Shown here: positions 37,131-45,977 of the stretch, piece after piece | Numbering within the stretch: position 1 is the stretch's first letter | Layout of the letters: each line of letters starts with the position of its first letter | Assembly: GCA_965230685.1 (NCBI GenBank) | Contig: CBDDLO010000002.1 | Coordinates: forward strand, 5,133,106-5,197,105 | Length of the DNA: 64,000 nucleotides | Direction of reading: 5' to 3' | Source: Bythopirellula sp. | Lineage (GTDB): Bacteria; Planctomycetota; Planctomycetia; Pirellulales; Lacipirellulaceae | Notes under the pieces: model-generated | Database searches by the model: none | The model's input: only the letters and a program-made list of their open reading frames with translations | What the model was told of the DNA's origin: nothing | Made by a program: the position numbers and the translations under genes

Positions 37131-38609
37131 ATGTCCCTCACCGAGCAGTCCGCTACGTCGCTGTTGAAGCTGCTCGACCAAGGCCAACTCTCGTCCGTTG
37201 AACTAACCCGCGCGTTTCTCGACCGCATCGAAGCGGTGGACACAGAAATCGGCGCGTTCTTGTACGTTGATCCCGAGACTGCTCTGGCTCGCGCCGCCGA
37301 CATCGACCAACGCCGTCAGTCGGGTGAATCTCTTGGCAAGCTCGCAGGCCTGCCAGTCGCGGTGAAGGATGTTCTTTGCGACAGCCTGACGCAAACGACT
37401 TGTGCCTCCAAGATGTTGGAGAACTTCCGCCCACCCTACGACTCCACTGTCGTAAGAAAACTCAAGGCCGCCGATGCCGTGCTTATCGGTCGCACAAACA
37501 TGGACGAGTTCGCCATGGGCGGCTCGACCGAAAACTCGGCGTACCAAGTCACCCGCAATCCGTGGGACTTGGAGCGTGCGCCCGGGGGCTCCAGTGGTGG
37601 CGCGGCAGCTTGTGTCGCCGGAGGAATGGCTCCGCTCTCGATTGGCACTGACACGGGGGGATCGATACGACAACCGGCGGGACTCTGTGGAGTCGTCGGC
37701 CTGAAACCCACCTATGGCCGGGTGAGCCGCTTCGGGCTGGTCGCCTTCGCCAGCAGCCTTGACCAAGTGGGCCCGCTGGCCAACACGATTGAAGAAACGG
37801 CGCTCCTGCTCGAAACCATTGCTGGCCACGACCCGCTCGACTCCACTTCGCTTGATGTGGCTGTTCCGGAATACACAGCCACCCTAGAGCGACCACTCGA
37901 AGGCCTGCGGCTTGGTGTGGTGCGTGAACATTTTGCCGAGGGTCTCGACCCCGAAGTCGAGACCGCCGCTCGCGATGCGATCCAAGTTTACGAATCACTC
38001 GGCGCAACAGTGAAGGAAATATCTTTACCACATAGCAAGTACGCGGTCGCAACCTACTACGTGATTGCCCCTAGCGAGGCATCGAGTAATCTCGCCCGCT
38101 ACGACGGCGTACATTACGGCCACCGCACCACCCAAAAACCAGCCGAACCCACTGACAATGCGTTGGTCGATATGTACTGTCAGTCGCGCGCCGAGGGCTT
38201 TGGCCACGAGGTCAAACGCCGCATCATGCTCGGTGCTTATGCGCTCAGTGCCGGCTACTACGACGCCTACTATCTCAAAGCACTGAAAGTTCGACGCTTG
38301 ATCCGCCAGGACTTTGACAACGCGTTTGAAGATGTGGATTTAATCGCCGGCCCCGTCACCGCTGAACCTGCTTTCAAGTTGGGCCAATTGGCCGATGACC
38401 CGCTTTCGATGTACTTGGTCGATCTATACACCGTCAGCGCCAACCTCGCGGGCCTCCCCGGCATCAGCCTACCCTGCGGCTACAGCAAATTGGGCCTCCC
38501 CATCGGCCTACAACTCCAAGCCCCACCACTCGCCGAAGAAACCCTGCTACGCGGCGCCCACATGTACCAACAAGCAACCAATTGGCACACCCGTAGACCT
38601 AGTACTTAG
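37131..38609 (+). CDS. gatA: Asp/Glu-tRNA amidotransferase subunit A
   Basis: 492 aa with the amidase signature GGSSGGAAACVAGG...GTDTGGSIRQPA. Confidence 0.95.
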   Translation: MSLTEQSATSLLKLLDQGQLSSVELTRAFLDRIEAVDTEIGAFLYVDPETALARAADIDQRRQSGESLGKLAGLPVAVKDVLCDSLTQTTCASKMLENFRPPYDSTVVRKLKAADAVLIGRTNMDEFAMGGSTENSAYQVTRNPWDLERAPGGSSGGAAACVAGGMAPLSIGTDTGGSIRQPAGLCGVVGLKPTYGRVSRFGLVAFASSLDQVGPLANTIEETALLLETIAGHDPLDSTSLDVAVPEYTATLERPLEGLRLGVVREHFAEGLDPEVETAARDAIQVYESLGATVKEISLPHSKYAVATYYVIAPSEASSNLARYDGVHYGHRTTQKPAEPTDNALVDMYCQSRAEGFGHEVKRRIMLGAYALSAGYYDAYYLKALKVRRLIRQDFDNAFEDVDLIAGPVTAEPAFKLGQLADDPLSMYLVDLYTVSANLAGLPGISLPCGYSKLGLPIGLQLQAPPLAEETLLRGAHMYQQATNWHTRRPST

Positions 38610-38622
38610 GGCAGTGTGAATA

Positions 38623-38653
38623 TCGCCCGCGGATTGCGCGGATCAATCGTGGA
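38623..38653. repeat. Left arm of imperfect inverted repeat flanking the GxxExxY ORF
   Basis: atcgcccgcggattgcgcggatcaatcgtgg matches the reverse complement of 39097..39127 (attgcccgcggatgacgcggatgaaacgcgg) at 25 of 31 positions, counted by hand. Confidence 0.6.
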
Positions 38654-38694
38654 TGGAATTTGGCAGAACCACACAGTAAACAGAAACTACCTGC

Positions 38695-39090
38695 ATGGGA
38701 AAATTGATGCTGGAAGACGAGAGCTATGCAGTTCTCGGAGCGTGCTTCGCGGTATACAACGAGCTCGGTTGCGGATTTTTGGAGCCGGTCTATCACGAAT
38801 GTTTAGAAATCGAGTTCACCACACGCGGTATTCCCTTTGTCTCAAAACCCAAGCTACGCATAGATTTCAAGGGGCAAATTATCAAGAAGCAATATGAAGC
38901 TGATTTCATTTGTTTCGATCAAATACTTCTTGAGATCAAGGCACTTTCCGAACTCATAGACAATAACACTGCACAGACTCTCAATTACTTGAACGCCACC
39001 AGGCTACCCCTGGGTCTACTAGCCAATTTTGGCCATCATCCTAAACTCCAATACAAGCGTCTGGCTCTCACTAAGCACCACACAGGATAA
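38695..39090 (+). CDS. GxxExxY protein (PD-(D/E)XK-like family, also known as '23S rRNA intervening-sequence protein')
   Basis: 131 aa containing AVYNELGCGFLEPVYHECLEIEF...ADFICFDQILLEIKA...TLNYLNATRLPLGLLANFG. G+C is visibly lower than in the flanking gatA and gatB. Confidence 0.8.
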   Translation: MGKLMLEDESYAVLGACFAVYNELGCGFLEPVYHECLEIEFTTRGIPFVSKPKLRIDFKGQIIKKQYEADFICFDQILLEIKALSELIDNNTAQTLNYLNATRLPLGLLANFGHHPKLQYKRLALTKHHTG

Positions 39091-39096
39091 CACTTT

Positions 39097-39127
39097 CCGC
39101 GTTTCATCCGCGTCATCCGCGGGCAAT
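39097..39127. repeat. Right arm of inverted repeat flanking the GxxExxY ORF
   Basis: See 38623..38653. Confidence 0.6.
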
Positions 39128-39138
39128 TCTCAAATAAC

Positions 39139-40614
39139 ATGCCACAAACTTACACCACCATCATCGGCCTGGAAGTTCACGTGCAGCTTGCCACTCTAAG
39201 CAAGCTGTTTTGCCGGTGCAGTACGCAATTTGGTGCCGAGCCGAATACTCAGACTTGCCCAGTGTGCATCGGCATGCCGGGGAGCTTGCCGATGATGAAC
39301 CGCGAGGCTTATCAGCTGGCCTTGAAAACTGCGGTGGCGATCAACTGCGAGATTCCCGCGTTCACCAAGTGGGACCGCAAGCAGTATTTTTACCCCGATC
39401 TGCCTAAGGGTTATCAGATCAGCCAATTCGATTTGCCGATGTCGCAAGATGGTTGGCTCGAGATCAGCGACGCAAAAGACCGATTTGAACCGAAGCGCAT
39501 TGGCATCACCCGCGCGCACCTGGAAGACGACGCGGGCAAGAGCACCCACGACGAAGCGCACGGCCGCGCTGACAGCGAAATTGATCTCAACCGTACTGGC
39601 ACGCCACTGCTCGAGATCGTCTCCGAACCCGACATGCGCAGCGCCGCCGAAGCGAGAGCCTACCTCGAAGAGCTGAAGCTTCTGCTGCAGTACATCGCCG
39701 TTTCCGACTGCAATATGCAAGAAGGAAGTTTACGCTGCGATGCGAATGTAAACCTGCACATCGAGCAAGATGGCGGAAAAGTAGCCACGCCGATTGTCGA
39801 AATCAAGAACATGAACAGCTTCCGCGCCGTTGAGCGGGCTATCGACTACGAAGCGGAGCGGCAGTATCGCGTCTGGCAAGAAACGGGTCAAAAACTGGGA
39901 GAGGCACCCAAACAAACACGCGGGTGGGATGACAATGCCGGCAAGACACTCGGCCAACGCAGCAAAGAAGAATCCAGCGACTACCGCTATTTCCCAGACC
40001 CCGACCTCGTGCCTGTACTCTGCACACCAGAGGAAGTGGAAAAAGTCCGCGCGTCGCTCGTCGAACTCCCCGCCGCCTGCCGCTCGCGGCTTAGCCAAGA
40101 CCACGGCCTCTCACCCTACGACGCCGCCGTGCTGGTGAACCAAGGTCGCGAAGTGCTCGACTATTTCCTCACAGCAGCCGAAAAGAGCAGCGATTACAAA
40201 GCGGCTTGCAATTGGGTCACACAGGACATCTTGCGAATCCTCAAAGAACAAGAAATCACCATCGGGGAGTTCGGCCTGCCCGCGGCACGTCTCGCCGAAC
40301 TGATCACGGCGGTCAACGAAAATAAACTCCCCAAAGCACGAAGTCAAGACGCCTTTGACCTCATGCTTGCCGACAAGATCGACGTCGCCGCTGCGATCGA
40401 GCAACTCGGCATCGAACAAGTCGACGAGTCGGCCCTGGTTGCCTTGTGCCAGGAACTTCTCGACGCCAACCCCAAAATAGTCGCCGATGTCCAGGGCGGA
40501 AAACATCAAGCGGTTGGTGCCCTCATCGGCCAGGCGAAAAAGAAAAACCCGAATGTCGACCCAGGGCGATTTCGCGAACTCTGCTTGGAGCTAGTGGCCC
40601 AGGGCAAGAATTAA
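39139..40614 (+). CDS. gatB: Asp/Glu-tRNA amidotransferase subunit B
   Basis: 491 aa beginning YTTIIGLEVHVQLATLSKLFCRCSTQFGAEPNTQTCPVCIGMPGSLP, with a C-terminal GatB/YqeY domain. Confidence 0.95.
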   Translation: MPQTYTTIIGLEVHVQLATLSKLFCRCSTQFGAEPNTQTCPVCIGMPGSLPMMNREAYQLALKTAVAINCEIPAFTKWDRKQYFYPDLPKGYQISQFDLPMSQDGWLEISDAKDRFEPKRIGITRAHLEDDAGKSTHDEAHGRADSEIDLNRTGTPLLEIVSEPDMRSAAEARAYLEELKLLLQYIAVSDCNMQEGSLRCDANVNLHIEQDGGKVATPIVEIKNMNSFRAVERAIDYEAERQYRVWQETGQKLGEAPKQTRGWDDNAGKTLGQRSKEESSDYRYFPDPDLVPVLCTPEEVEKVRASLVELPAACRSRLSQDHGLSPYDAAVLVNQGREVLDYFLTAAEKSSDYKAACNWVTQDILRILKEQEITIGEFGLPAARLAELITAVNENKLPKARSQDAFDLMLADKIDVAAAIEQLGIEQVDESALVALCQELLDANPKIVADVQGGKHQAVGALIGQAKKKNPNVDPGRFRELCLELVAQGKN

Positions 40615-40651
40615 ACGCCTTTGCCGGTTCGCGTGTTTTCTGGATCGGCAA

Positions 40652-41059
40652 CTACTCCTCGTGACTCAGCAAATCCCACAAGTTGCCGTAGAGGTCTGAA
40701 AAGACGGCTACCGTGCCGTAGCTTTCCTCGCGTGGTTTAGCAACAAACGTTACCCCTCGCTTGCAATAGTTCCGATAATCACGCCAAAAGTTGTCGGTTT
40801 TCAGGAACAGAAAGACGCGTCCGCCAGTTTGATTACCGACGCGCGCGACTTGTTCGTCGCCCACAGCGCGGGCCAACAATAACCCCGATTCCTTCGCCCC
40901 CGGGGGTGCGACCACTACCCAGCGTTTCCCTGCCGCGGGAAGTTCTTTGTCTTCAAGCAGTTCAAAACCCAGCTTCTCGACGAAGAAGTCAATGGCTTCG
41001 CCGTAGTCCTTCACCACAAGCGTCGTGAGTGAGAGAAATTGAGTCATCCTAGCGGCCAA
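40652..41059 (-). CDS. VOC (glyoxalase/bleomycin-resistance/dioxygenase) family protein
   Basis: 135 aa containing VKDYGEAIDFFVEKLGFEL...FRDLYGNLWDLL-type paired beta-alpha-beta-beta-beta motifs. Confidence 0.65.
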   Translation of the reverse strand: MAARMTQFLSLTTLVVKDYGEAIDFFVEKLGFELLEDKELPAAGKRWVVVAPPGAKESGLLLARAVGDEQVARVGNQTGGRVFLFLKTDNFWRDYRNYCKRGVTFVAKPREESYGTVAVFSDLYGNLWDLLSHEE

Positions 41060-41338
41060 GATATCGAAAATGCGCTGCAGAAGAAAGACAGGACGCGCGG
41101 CCGAGAGCAGGAGGCGACGTGCTCACGCCGGCCGAGGCGAAACCGGAGGAGATGCTTAGTGCGGCGTAAACTAGCCCCTTCTGCTGTGAAAAACCGAAAA
41201 GCGAAGCGTGATGAAGTCTCTCACAAAACCAGCCCGGCGATTCCACTTGATCTGCGAGCCAAGACAGTGTGTTCCCGTACGACTATTTCGAGAAGGCGTC
41301 GAGAATTCGATAACGCCACAAACGGACATAGAGTACGA

Positions 41339-41383
41339 GCCGGGTGCCATGCTCACGGAGGCAACGACGTGGGCATGCGAATC
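41339..41383. repeat. REP-like palindromic element, left copy
   Basis: Sequence gccgggtgccatgctcacggaggcaacgacgtgggcatgcgaatc. The internal hairpin is catgctcacg/cgtgggcatg with one G-U pair. Confidence 0.75.
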
Positions 41384-41431
41384 CAGGTGGAGTTAATTGC
41401 AATCGCACTTGACTTCCACCAGAATCAGGGA

Positions 41432-41986
41432 ATGCCACATCGCAAAAAATGCCGTCGCTATGACCAACCGGGAGACGCCCATTTCCTGACGTTTTCCTGC
41501 TACCGACGTCTGCCCCTGTTGGGCCGCGATCGCTCTCGACGTTGGTTTCTTGCAGCACTGCAACTTGGCCGCGATAGAAGCATGTTCGACCTGTGGGCCT
41601 ACGTAGTCATGCCGGAACACGTCCATCTGGTACTGCTCCCGTTGGGAAAGACGAAAATATCGCACCTCCTCTCCACGGTGAAACAATCGACTTCGAAGAA
41701 AGCACTGAACTGGCTGCAGCAACACGCGCCCGAATATCTGCCCACCCTGCTCGACCGACAGCCTTGTGGGAAAGAATCTTATCGCTTCTGGCAGCGGGGT
41801 GGCGGGTACGATCGCAACTTGCGTTCATTGCGTGACATTCACGAGAAGATCGCTTACGTGCACGACAATCCGCTCCGGCGCGGACTGGTCGAACGTGCCA
41901 TCGATTGGCCGTGGTCGAGCGCCGCCAGTTGGCAGACGGGAGCCGATGAGCCACTGGCGATCGATAGGGCGAGTCTGCCACACTGA
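41432..41986 (+). CDS. REP-associated tyrosine transposase (IS200-like Y1 transposase domain)
   Basis: An internal ATG at 41432 in ORF 41039..41986 gives MPHRKKCRRYDQPGDAHFLTFSCYRRLP. It carries the HUH motif (PEHVHLVLLP) and the catalytic Tyr motif (IAYVHDNPLRRGLV). Confidence 0.8.
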   Translation: MPHRKKCRRYDQPGDAHFLTFSCYRRLPLLGRDRSRRWFLAALQLGRDRSMFDLWAYVVMPEHVHLVLLPLGKTKISHLLSTVKQSTSKKALNWLQQHAPEYLPTLLDRQPCGKESYRFWQRGGGYDRNLRSLRDIHEKIAYVHDNPLRRGLVERAIDWPWSSAASWQTGADEPLAIDRASLPH

Positions 41987-42046
41987 CGCCTTTCGATGAA
42001 CCGACCGAGGGGAGTTTGATGCGACGATGGGATTGATGACCCACGT

Positions 42047-42092
42047 GATTCCGCATGCCCACGTCGTTGCCTCCGTGGGCATGGCACCCGGC
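42047..42092. repeat. REP-like palindromic element, right copy (inverted)
   Basis: Sequence gattccgcatgcccacgtcgttgcctccgtgggcatggcacccggc with a perfect 10-bp hairpin stem. Confidence 0.75.
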
Positions 42093-42444
42093 TATGCTAG
42101 AGAGGTTGGCCCCAATAAGAGCATTAAGAAGGTCAAAGCCTTCTACATTGATGATTGGGACATATTGAGTTTCTTCCAGGATTTGACTCCTCTGGTGGCT
42201 CCTAGCGCGATTGGAGAACGGGTGCCTATGGATGGACCCTATAATGTGTCATTCGGAGTGCTAGAGCTAGTTTTTCCCTGGACTGTACTATTTGAAGTGC
42301 CGGGACTAGGTCTCTCTCACTTGCGTCCAGCCTACTTGTACGGTTTGCTTTCTGAAACGAACACTGAAAGTGGCGACGATATATTCGGTCACGAGCTTCC
42401 CTAAGGCGAGAGCATTTTTCATCCGACACCGAGCGAGTTTCAAA

Positions 42445-43401
42445 ATGCGACTTCTCATCATTGCTATAGCTCTGCTTTGCTGTGCAGCATTATTCGCCGT
42501 CAAAGTTGCTAACCGCACTTGGCACGAGAAATACAACTGGAATGCGGAAGAGTATTTCGAGGATCCGCAGGTAATTGCTTTGTGCAAAGCGATTGAGGCG
42601 AATGATATCAATGAGATCGATCGGCTCGTGGAAGCAGGTACCGATGTAAACGTCAAGGGCAAAGGAAATATGACACCGCTGATGTGGGCTTGGCCGGACG
42701 GCAAGTTGGCACGGTTTAAGCGTTTGCTGGAACGTGGTGCAAATCCCAATGTGATTTTCACTAGCGACCTAGGCACTGAGAAACCAGCAACATTCAAGGG
42801 GACTTCCGTGACCCATCTCGTCACCCGCTCCAAATCGTTCGAGCATTTCCAAGCCGTTTTCGATCATGGAGGCGATCCAAATCTCGTGCAGAAATCAGCG
42901 ATTGGCAACAACGATACTCCAATTGCGATATTGATTACTCATGGACTGCCCAATAAAGAACGAAGGATCCAACTGCTCATCGACAAAGGGGCTGATTTGA
43001 ACCAATTGGCTAAAGGAAGAACTTTGCCCATGCGGGCTGCAAGCTGGGGAGGGCAATATGATATTGCTTTAATGCTCTTGAAAGCTGGAGCGGATCCAAC
43101 AATCTACAAGCACAAAGGAGCGATGAAATTAGCTCACGTGCTAGTCCGTGAAGAGAGCCGAGGGAAAACTGGATCACTGAATCAAAGGGAACACTATAGA
43201 AATCTTGTTGAGTGGCTCGAGAAACATGGCGAATCACTCGATGAAGCTCGTGCTGAACTAGACCGGTGGGCTTCTTGGGTGGGATCACCGGAAGAGAAAA
43301 GGAAAAAGCTGGATGCAGAAATCGCTGCCCGCAAAGCTCGAGAAGCTCGGGAGAAAAAAGAGCAGGCACAACAGCGGGAGGAAACGGAAACTCCAAAGTA
43401 A
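42445..43401 (+). CDS. Membrane-anchored ankyrin-repeat protein
   Basis: Met at 42445 gives MRLLIIAIALLCCAALFAV (TM segment). Ankyrin units follow (NEIDRLVEAGTDVNVKGKGNMTPLMWA, LLERGANPN, LIDKGADLN, LLKAGADP). The tail is Lys/Glu-rich. Confidence 0.75.
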   Translation: MRLLIIAIALLCCAALFAVKVANRTWHEKYNWNAEEYFEDPQVIALCKAIEANDINEIDRLVEAGTDVNVKGKGNMTPLMWAWPDGKLARFKRLLERGANPNVIFTSDLGTEKPATFKGTSVTHLVTRSKSFEHFQAVFDHGGDPNLVQKSAIGNNDTPIAILITHGLPNKERRIQLLIDKGADLNQLAKGRTLPMRAASWGGQYDIALMLLKAGADPTIYKHKGAMKLAHVLVREESRGKTGSLNQREHYRNLVEWLEKHGESLDEARAELDRWASWVGSPEEKRKKLDAEIAARKAREAREKKEQAQQREETETPK

Positions 43402-43403
43402 AC

Positions 43404-43620
43404 ATCCTGCGTCTCCTCATCATCGCCATCGCCCTGCTTTGCTGTGCAGCATTTTTCGCCGTCAATGTTACCAACCGCGCCTGGCACGACAAATACAACT
43501 GGAACGCGGAAGAGTATTTCGATGGGCAACATGGGGCAACATGGGGACAGCCAGCCGAAGGAATACTTGCTGTAAAGCGTTTCCAAAGAAGCCGTTGCGA
43601 AATTAGAAGGGAGACCACGT
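43404..43620 (+). pseudogene. Truncated 5' fragment of a paralogous ankyrin-family gene (start codon lost)
   Basis: 43404..43522 aligns with 42445..42560. It encodes ILRLLIIAIALLCCAAFFAVNVTNRAWHDKYNWNAEEYF versus MRLLIIAIALLCCAALFAVKVANRTWHEKYNWNAEEYF. After that it diverges and terminates without ankyrin repeats. Confidence 0.6.
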
Positions 43621-44164
43621 AGGGTGGCTGTCCCCGTTTACACGCGTTTACACCCACTCAACGGCAAAATTCCAGTTCCTTCAGCGAACACTAACTTGGC
43701 GAAGCAGTGGCCAAAAATAGTTGCTGAAACTTCTCTGCAAATACTGTAAAACGTGGTGGAGTTGGCTGGCGACTCACCTTCACGAATCGTGAACTGCGTC
43801 CTGCCGAATCACTACCCACGGCTGAATTCTCATTATTCGGCGAGTTTTGCAGCACCTCTCGAAGAATGCACCTGCGATTGCGGTGAAACGGCGAAAGATG
43901 TGTGGCAAAATGCGGGTGATTTTGGAATTAAAAAGCGCGTTTGTGTGAGCGTTGCTGAAATAGCAATATCAATGACATGCGATTTCCTGAGCTTGCTCTG
44001 AATGCCCCAGCAGCCAGGTGGTCGCAGCACAGAAATAACTGGATATTACACCGAGCACCACACCACGATTTGCACAGCGCGAACAGCCTGCTCAGACGGT
44101 TGGCGGCTCATGCTGTGCCCATTATGATGGAGCGAATTAATTCAAGCCAGTTTTTTTGGTGATC

Positions 44165-44587
44165 CGGCATGGGAAACTTTTACCACGGCGGGATACCGAG
44201 ACATTTGTGGCGGCAAACGTTTGCTCGGAGCTGGATCCCGAGAAACAGAGACCGCCTCACGACGGACTTCAACAGGCCGCCTAGTGCGGAGCAATGAACG
44301 TGGCGAATCGAATTACAGGCGAAATCGTGTCGGTTGATGCGCAGGGCAACCTCGTCACCAACATCACCCGCGAGATGCTTGCCGAGGTTCCCAGTGATGA
44401 CTCGGTTGCCGTGCGCTGCGACGACCACGAGACCCGAAGCATCTTCGATAGCTGCGCGGACCAGCCCCCCATGACACTGGTCGCCGTGATTGGCTCGCAC
44501 GATCATTTGGAAATCGCGATCGTCGACGATAGTGCGAAAATCATGCTGGGAGTTGAAGTGGGCACACCTGTTGAAGTCGTGTGGTAA
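44165..44587 (+). pseudogene. Remnant of a SAM hydroxide adenosyltransferase (DUF62, chlorinase/fluorinase-like) gene: only the C-terminal domain is intact
   Basis: ORF 44294..44587 (97 aa) reads ITGEIVSVDAQGNLVTNI...LVAVIGSHDHLEIAIVDDSAKIMLGVEVGTPVEV. This matches the DUF62 C-terminal barrel (..D.FGN..TNI...GS.G.LEIA...G..V). The ~170-aa N-terminal domain is absent. A possible frameshifted trace ('ETFTTAGYRDI', compare TFHGRD) lies at ~44170. Confidence 0.5.
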
Positions 44588-44591
44588 CCGA

Positions 44592-45977
44592 ATGACGACG
44601 AACTCCGAACTCACCCACTGGGACAGCCACCACCATTGGCACGCGTTCACCCAAATGGCGGAGTACGAGCCCCTGGTCGTCGAACGGGCTGAAGGGGTTT
44701 GGCTTTATGACATCGAGGGCAACCGCTATCTCGATGGCGTGAGTAGCATGTGGTGCAATTTGCTGGGGCATGGGCATCCGCAGATCAACCAGGCGATTCG
44801 TGAGCAGCTGGACCGCGTAGCGCACAGCACTTCGTTGGGCATGGGCAATAGCACGCCGGCAAGGTTGGCGAAGCGACTGGCCGAAATCACGCCCGGCGAT
44901 TTGCAACATGTGTTTTTTGGCAGCGACGGTTCTTCGGCCACCGAGATCGCGCTAAAGATGGCGTTTCAATATTGGTTGCAGTGCGAACAGCCGCAGCCGG
45001 AAAAGACCAAGTACCTCGCCCTCGGCCAGGCTTATCATGGAGACACACTCGGCAGCGCCAGTGTCGGCGGCATCGCGCGTTTTCACGAGCTCTTCGAGCC
45101 GCTGTTGTTCGAGGTCGTGCGGTTGCCGGCCCCTGATCCGCGGGAGCTTCCCGAGGGGGTTGAAGAACCGCAAGCCGTGGAGCACTTTCTCGCACAGTTG
45201 GAAGACGTGCTGCGGGAGCGGCACCAGGAGATTGCTGCGTTCGTGTTGGAACCGCTCATCCAGGCGGCGGCGGGGATGGTGTTTCATCCGTCAGGATATC
45301 TTCGCGGCGTGCGAGAACTGACCAAAAAGTACGATGTTCTTTTGATTACCGACGAGATTGTTACCGGCTTTGGGCGCACTGGAAAGCTGTTCGCCTGCGA
45401 CCACGAAGATGTGGTGCCCGACATTCTTTGCTTGGGAAAAAGTATCACAGGCGGGTACCTGCCACTTTCAGCGGTAATTACGCACCCAAAAATCTACAAC
45501 GCTTTCCTAGGGAATGCGGACAGCGGTCGCTCGTTCATGCACGGCCATACCTACGGAGGCAATCCACTAGCGGCGGCCGCAGCGCTGGCAACGATCGACA
45601 TTTTAGCAGAAGAGCAAATCGTGGAACAATTGCCCGAGAGGGCAGGGCAGCTGGCAATGTGGCTAGAAAAACTGGCCGCTCATCCGCACGTCGCCAATAC
45701 TCGCCAACAGGGATTGATTGCCGCGGTGGAATTGACCGCTACGCCGGGCAACGACGTGCCCTTCGCGCCAGACCAGCGGATGGCCGCTCGGATCTGTCGC
45801 GATGCTCTGCGACGGGGCGTTTGGCTGCGCCCGCTACGTGACACCTTGGTGATCATGCCACCGCTGACCATCAGCGCCGACGAACTCGACAGACTGGCTG
45901 AGACCTTGCTGCAAAGCATCGAGTTTGTCACCGCCGAAGTGGCGACATCACAACAATCTGCCTCGGTGGCTGGATGA
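44592..45977 (+). CDS. bioA: Adenosylmethionine-8-amino-7-oxononanoate aminotransferase
   Basis: Met at 44592 gives MTTNSELTHWDSHHHWHAFTQM. Class III aminotransferase motifs follow (LITDEIVTGFGRTGKLFA, GKSITGGYLPLS, HGHTYGGNPL). Confidence 0.9.
   Translation: MTTNSELTHWDSHHHWHAFTQMAEYEPLVVERAEGVWLYDIEGNRYLDGVSSMWCNLLGHGHPQINQAIREQLDRVAHSTSLGMGNSTPARLAKRLAEITPGDLQHVFFGSDGSSATEIALKMAFQYWLQCEQPQPEKTKYLALGQAYHGDTLGSASVGGIARFHELFEPLLFEVVRLPAPDPRELPEGVEEPQAVEHFLAQLEDVLRERHQEIAAFVLEPLIQAAAGMVFHPSGYLRGVRELTKKYDVLLITDEIVTGFGRTGKLFACDHEDVVPDILCLGKSITGGYLPLSAVITHPKIYNAFLGNADSGRSFMHGHTYGGNPLAAAAALATIDILAEEQIVEQLPERAGQLAMWLEKLAAHPHVANTRQQGLIAAVELTATPGNDVPFAPDQRMAARICRDALRRGVWLRPLRDTLVIMPPLTISADELDRLAETLLQSIEFVTAEVATSQQSASVAG

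Larger units (their letters stand above)
41339..42092. mobile_element. REPtron-like unit: a RAYT gene bracketed by inverted REP-type hairpin repeats
   Basis: The left repeat is 41339..41383 and the right repeat is 42047..42092. They are reverse complements of each other with one substitution and one 1-nt indel. Each contains its own 10-bp-stem hairpin (catgcccacg-N10-cgtgggcatg). Confidence 0.7.

Noticed and set aside
42027-42404. 125-aa ORF starting inside the right REP element
   Set aside because: Its N-terminus is just the translation of the REP hairpin (PHAHVVASVGMAPG). There is no RBS or family signal, so it is likely spurious.
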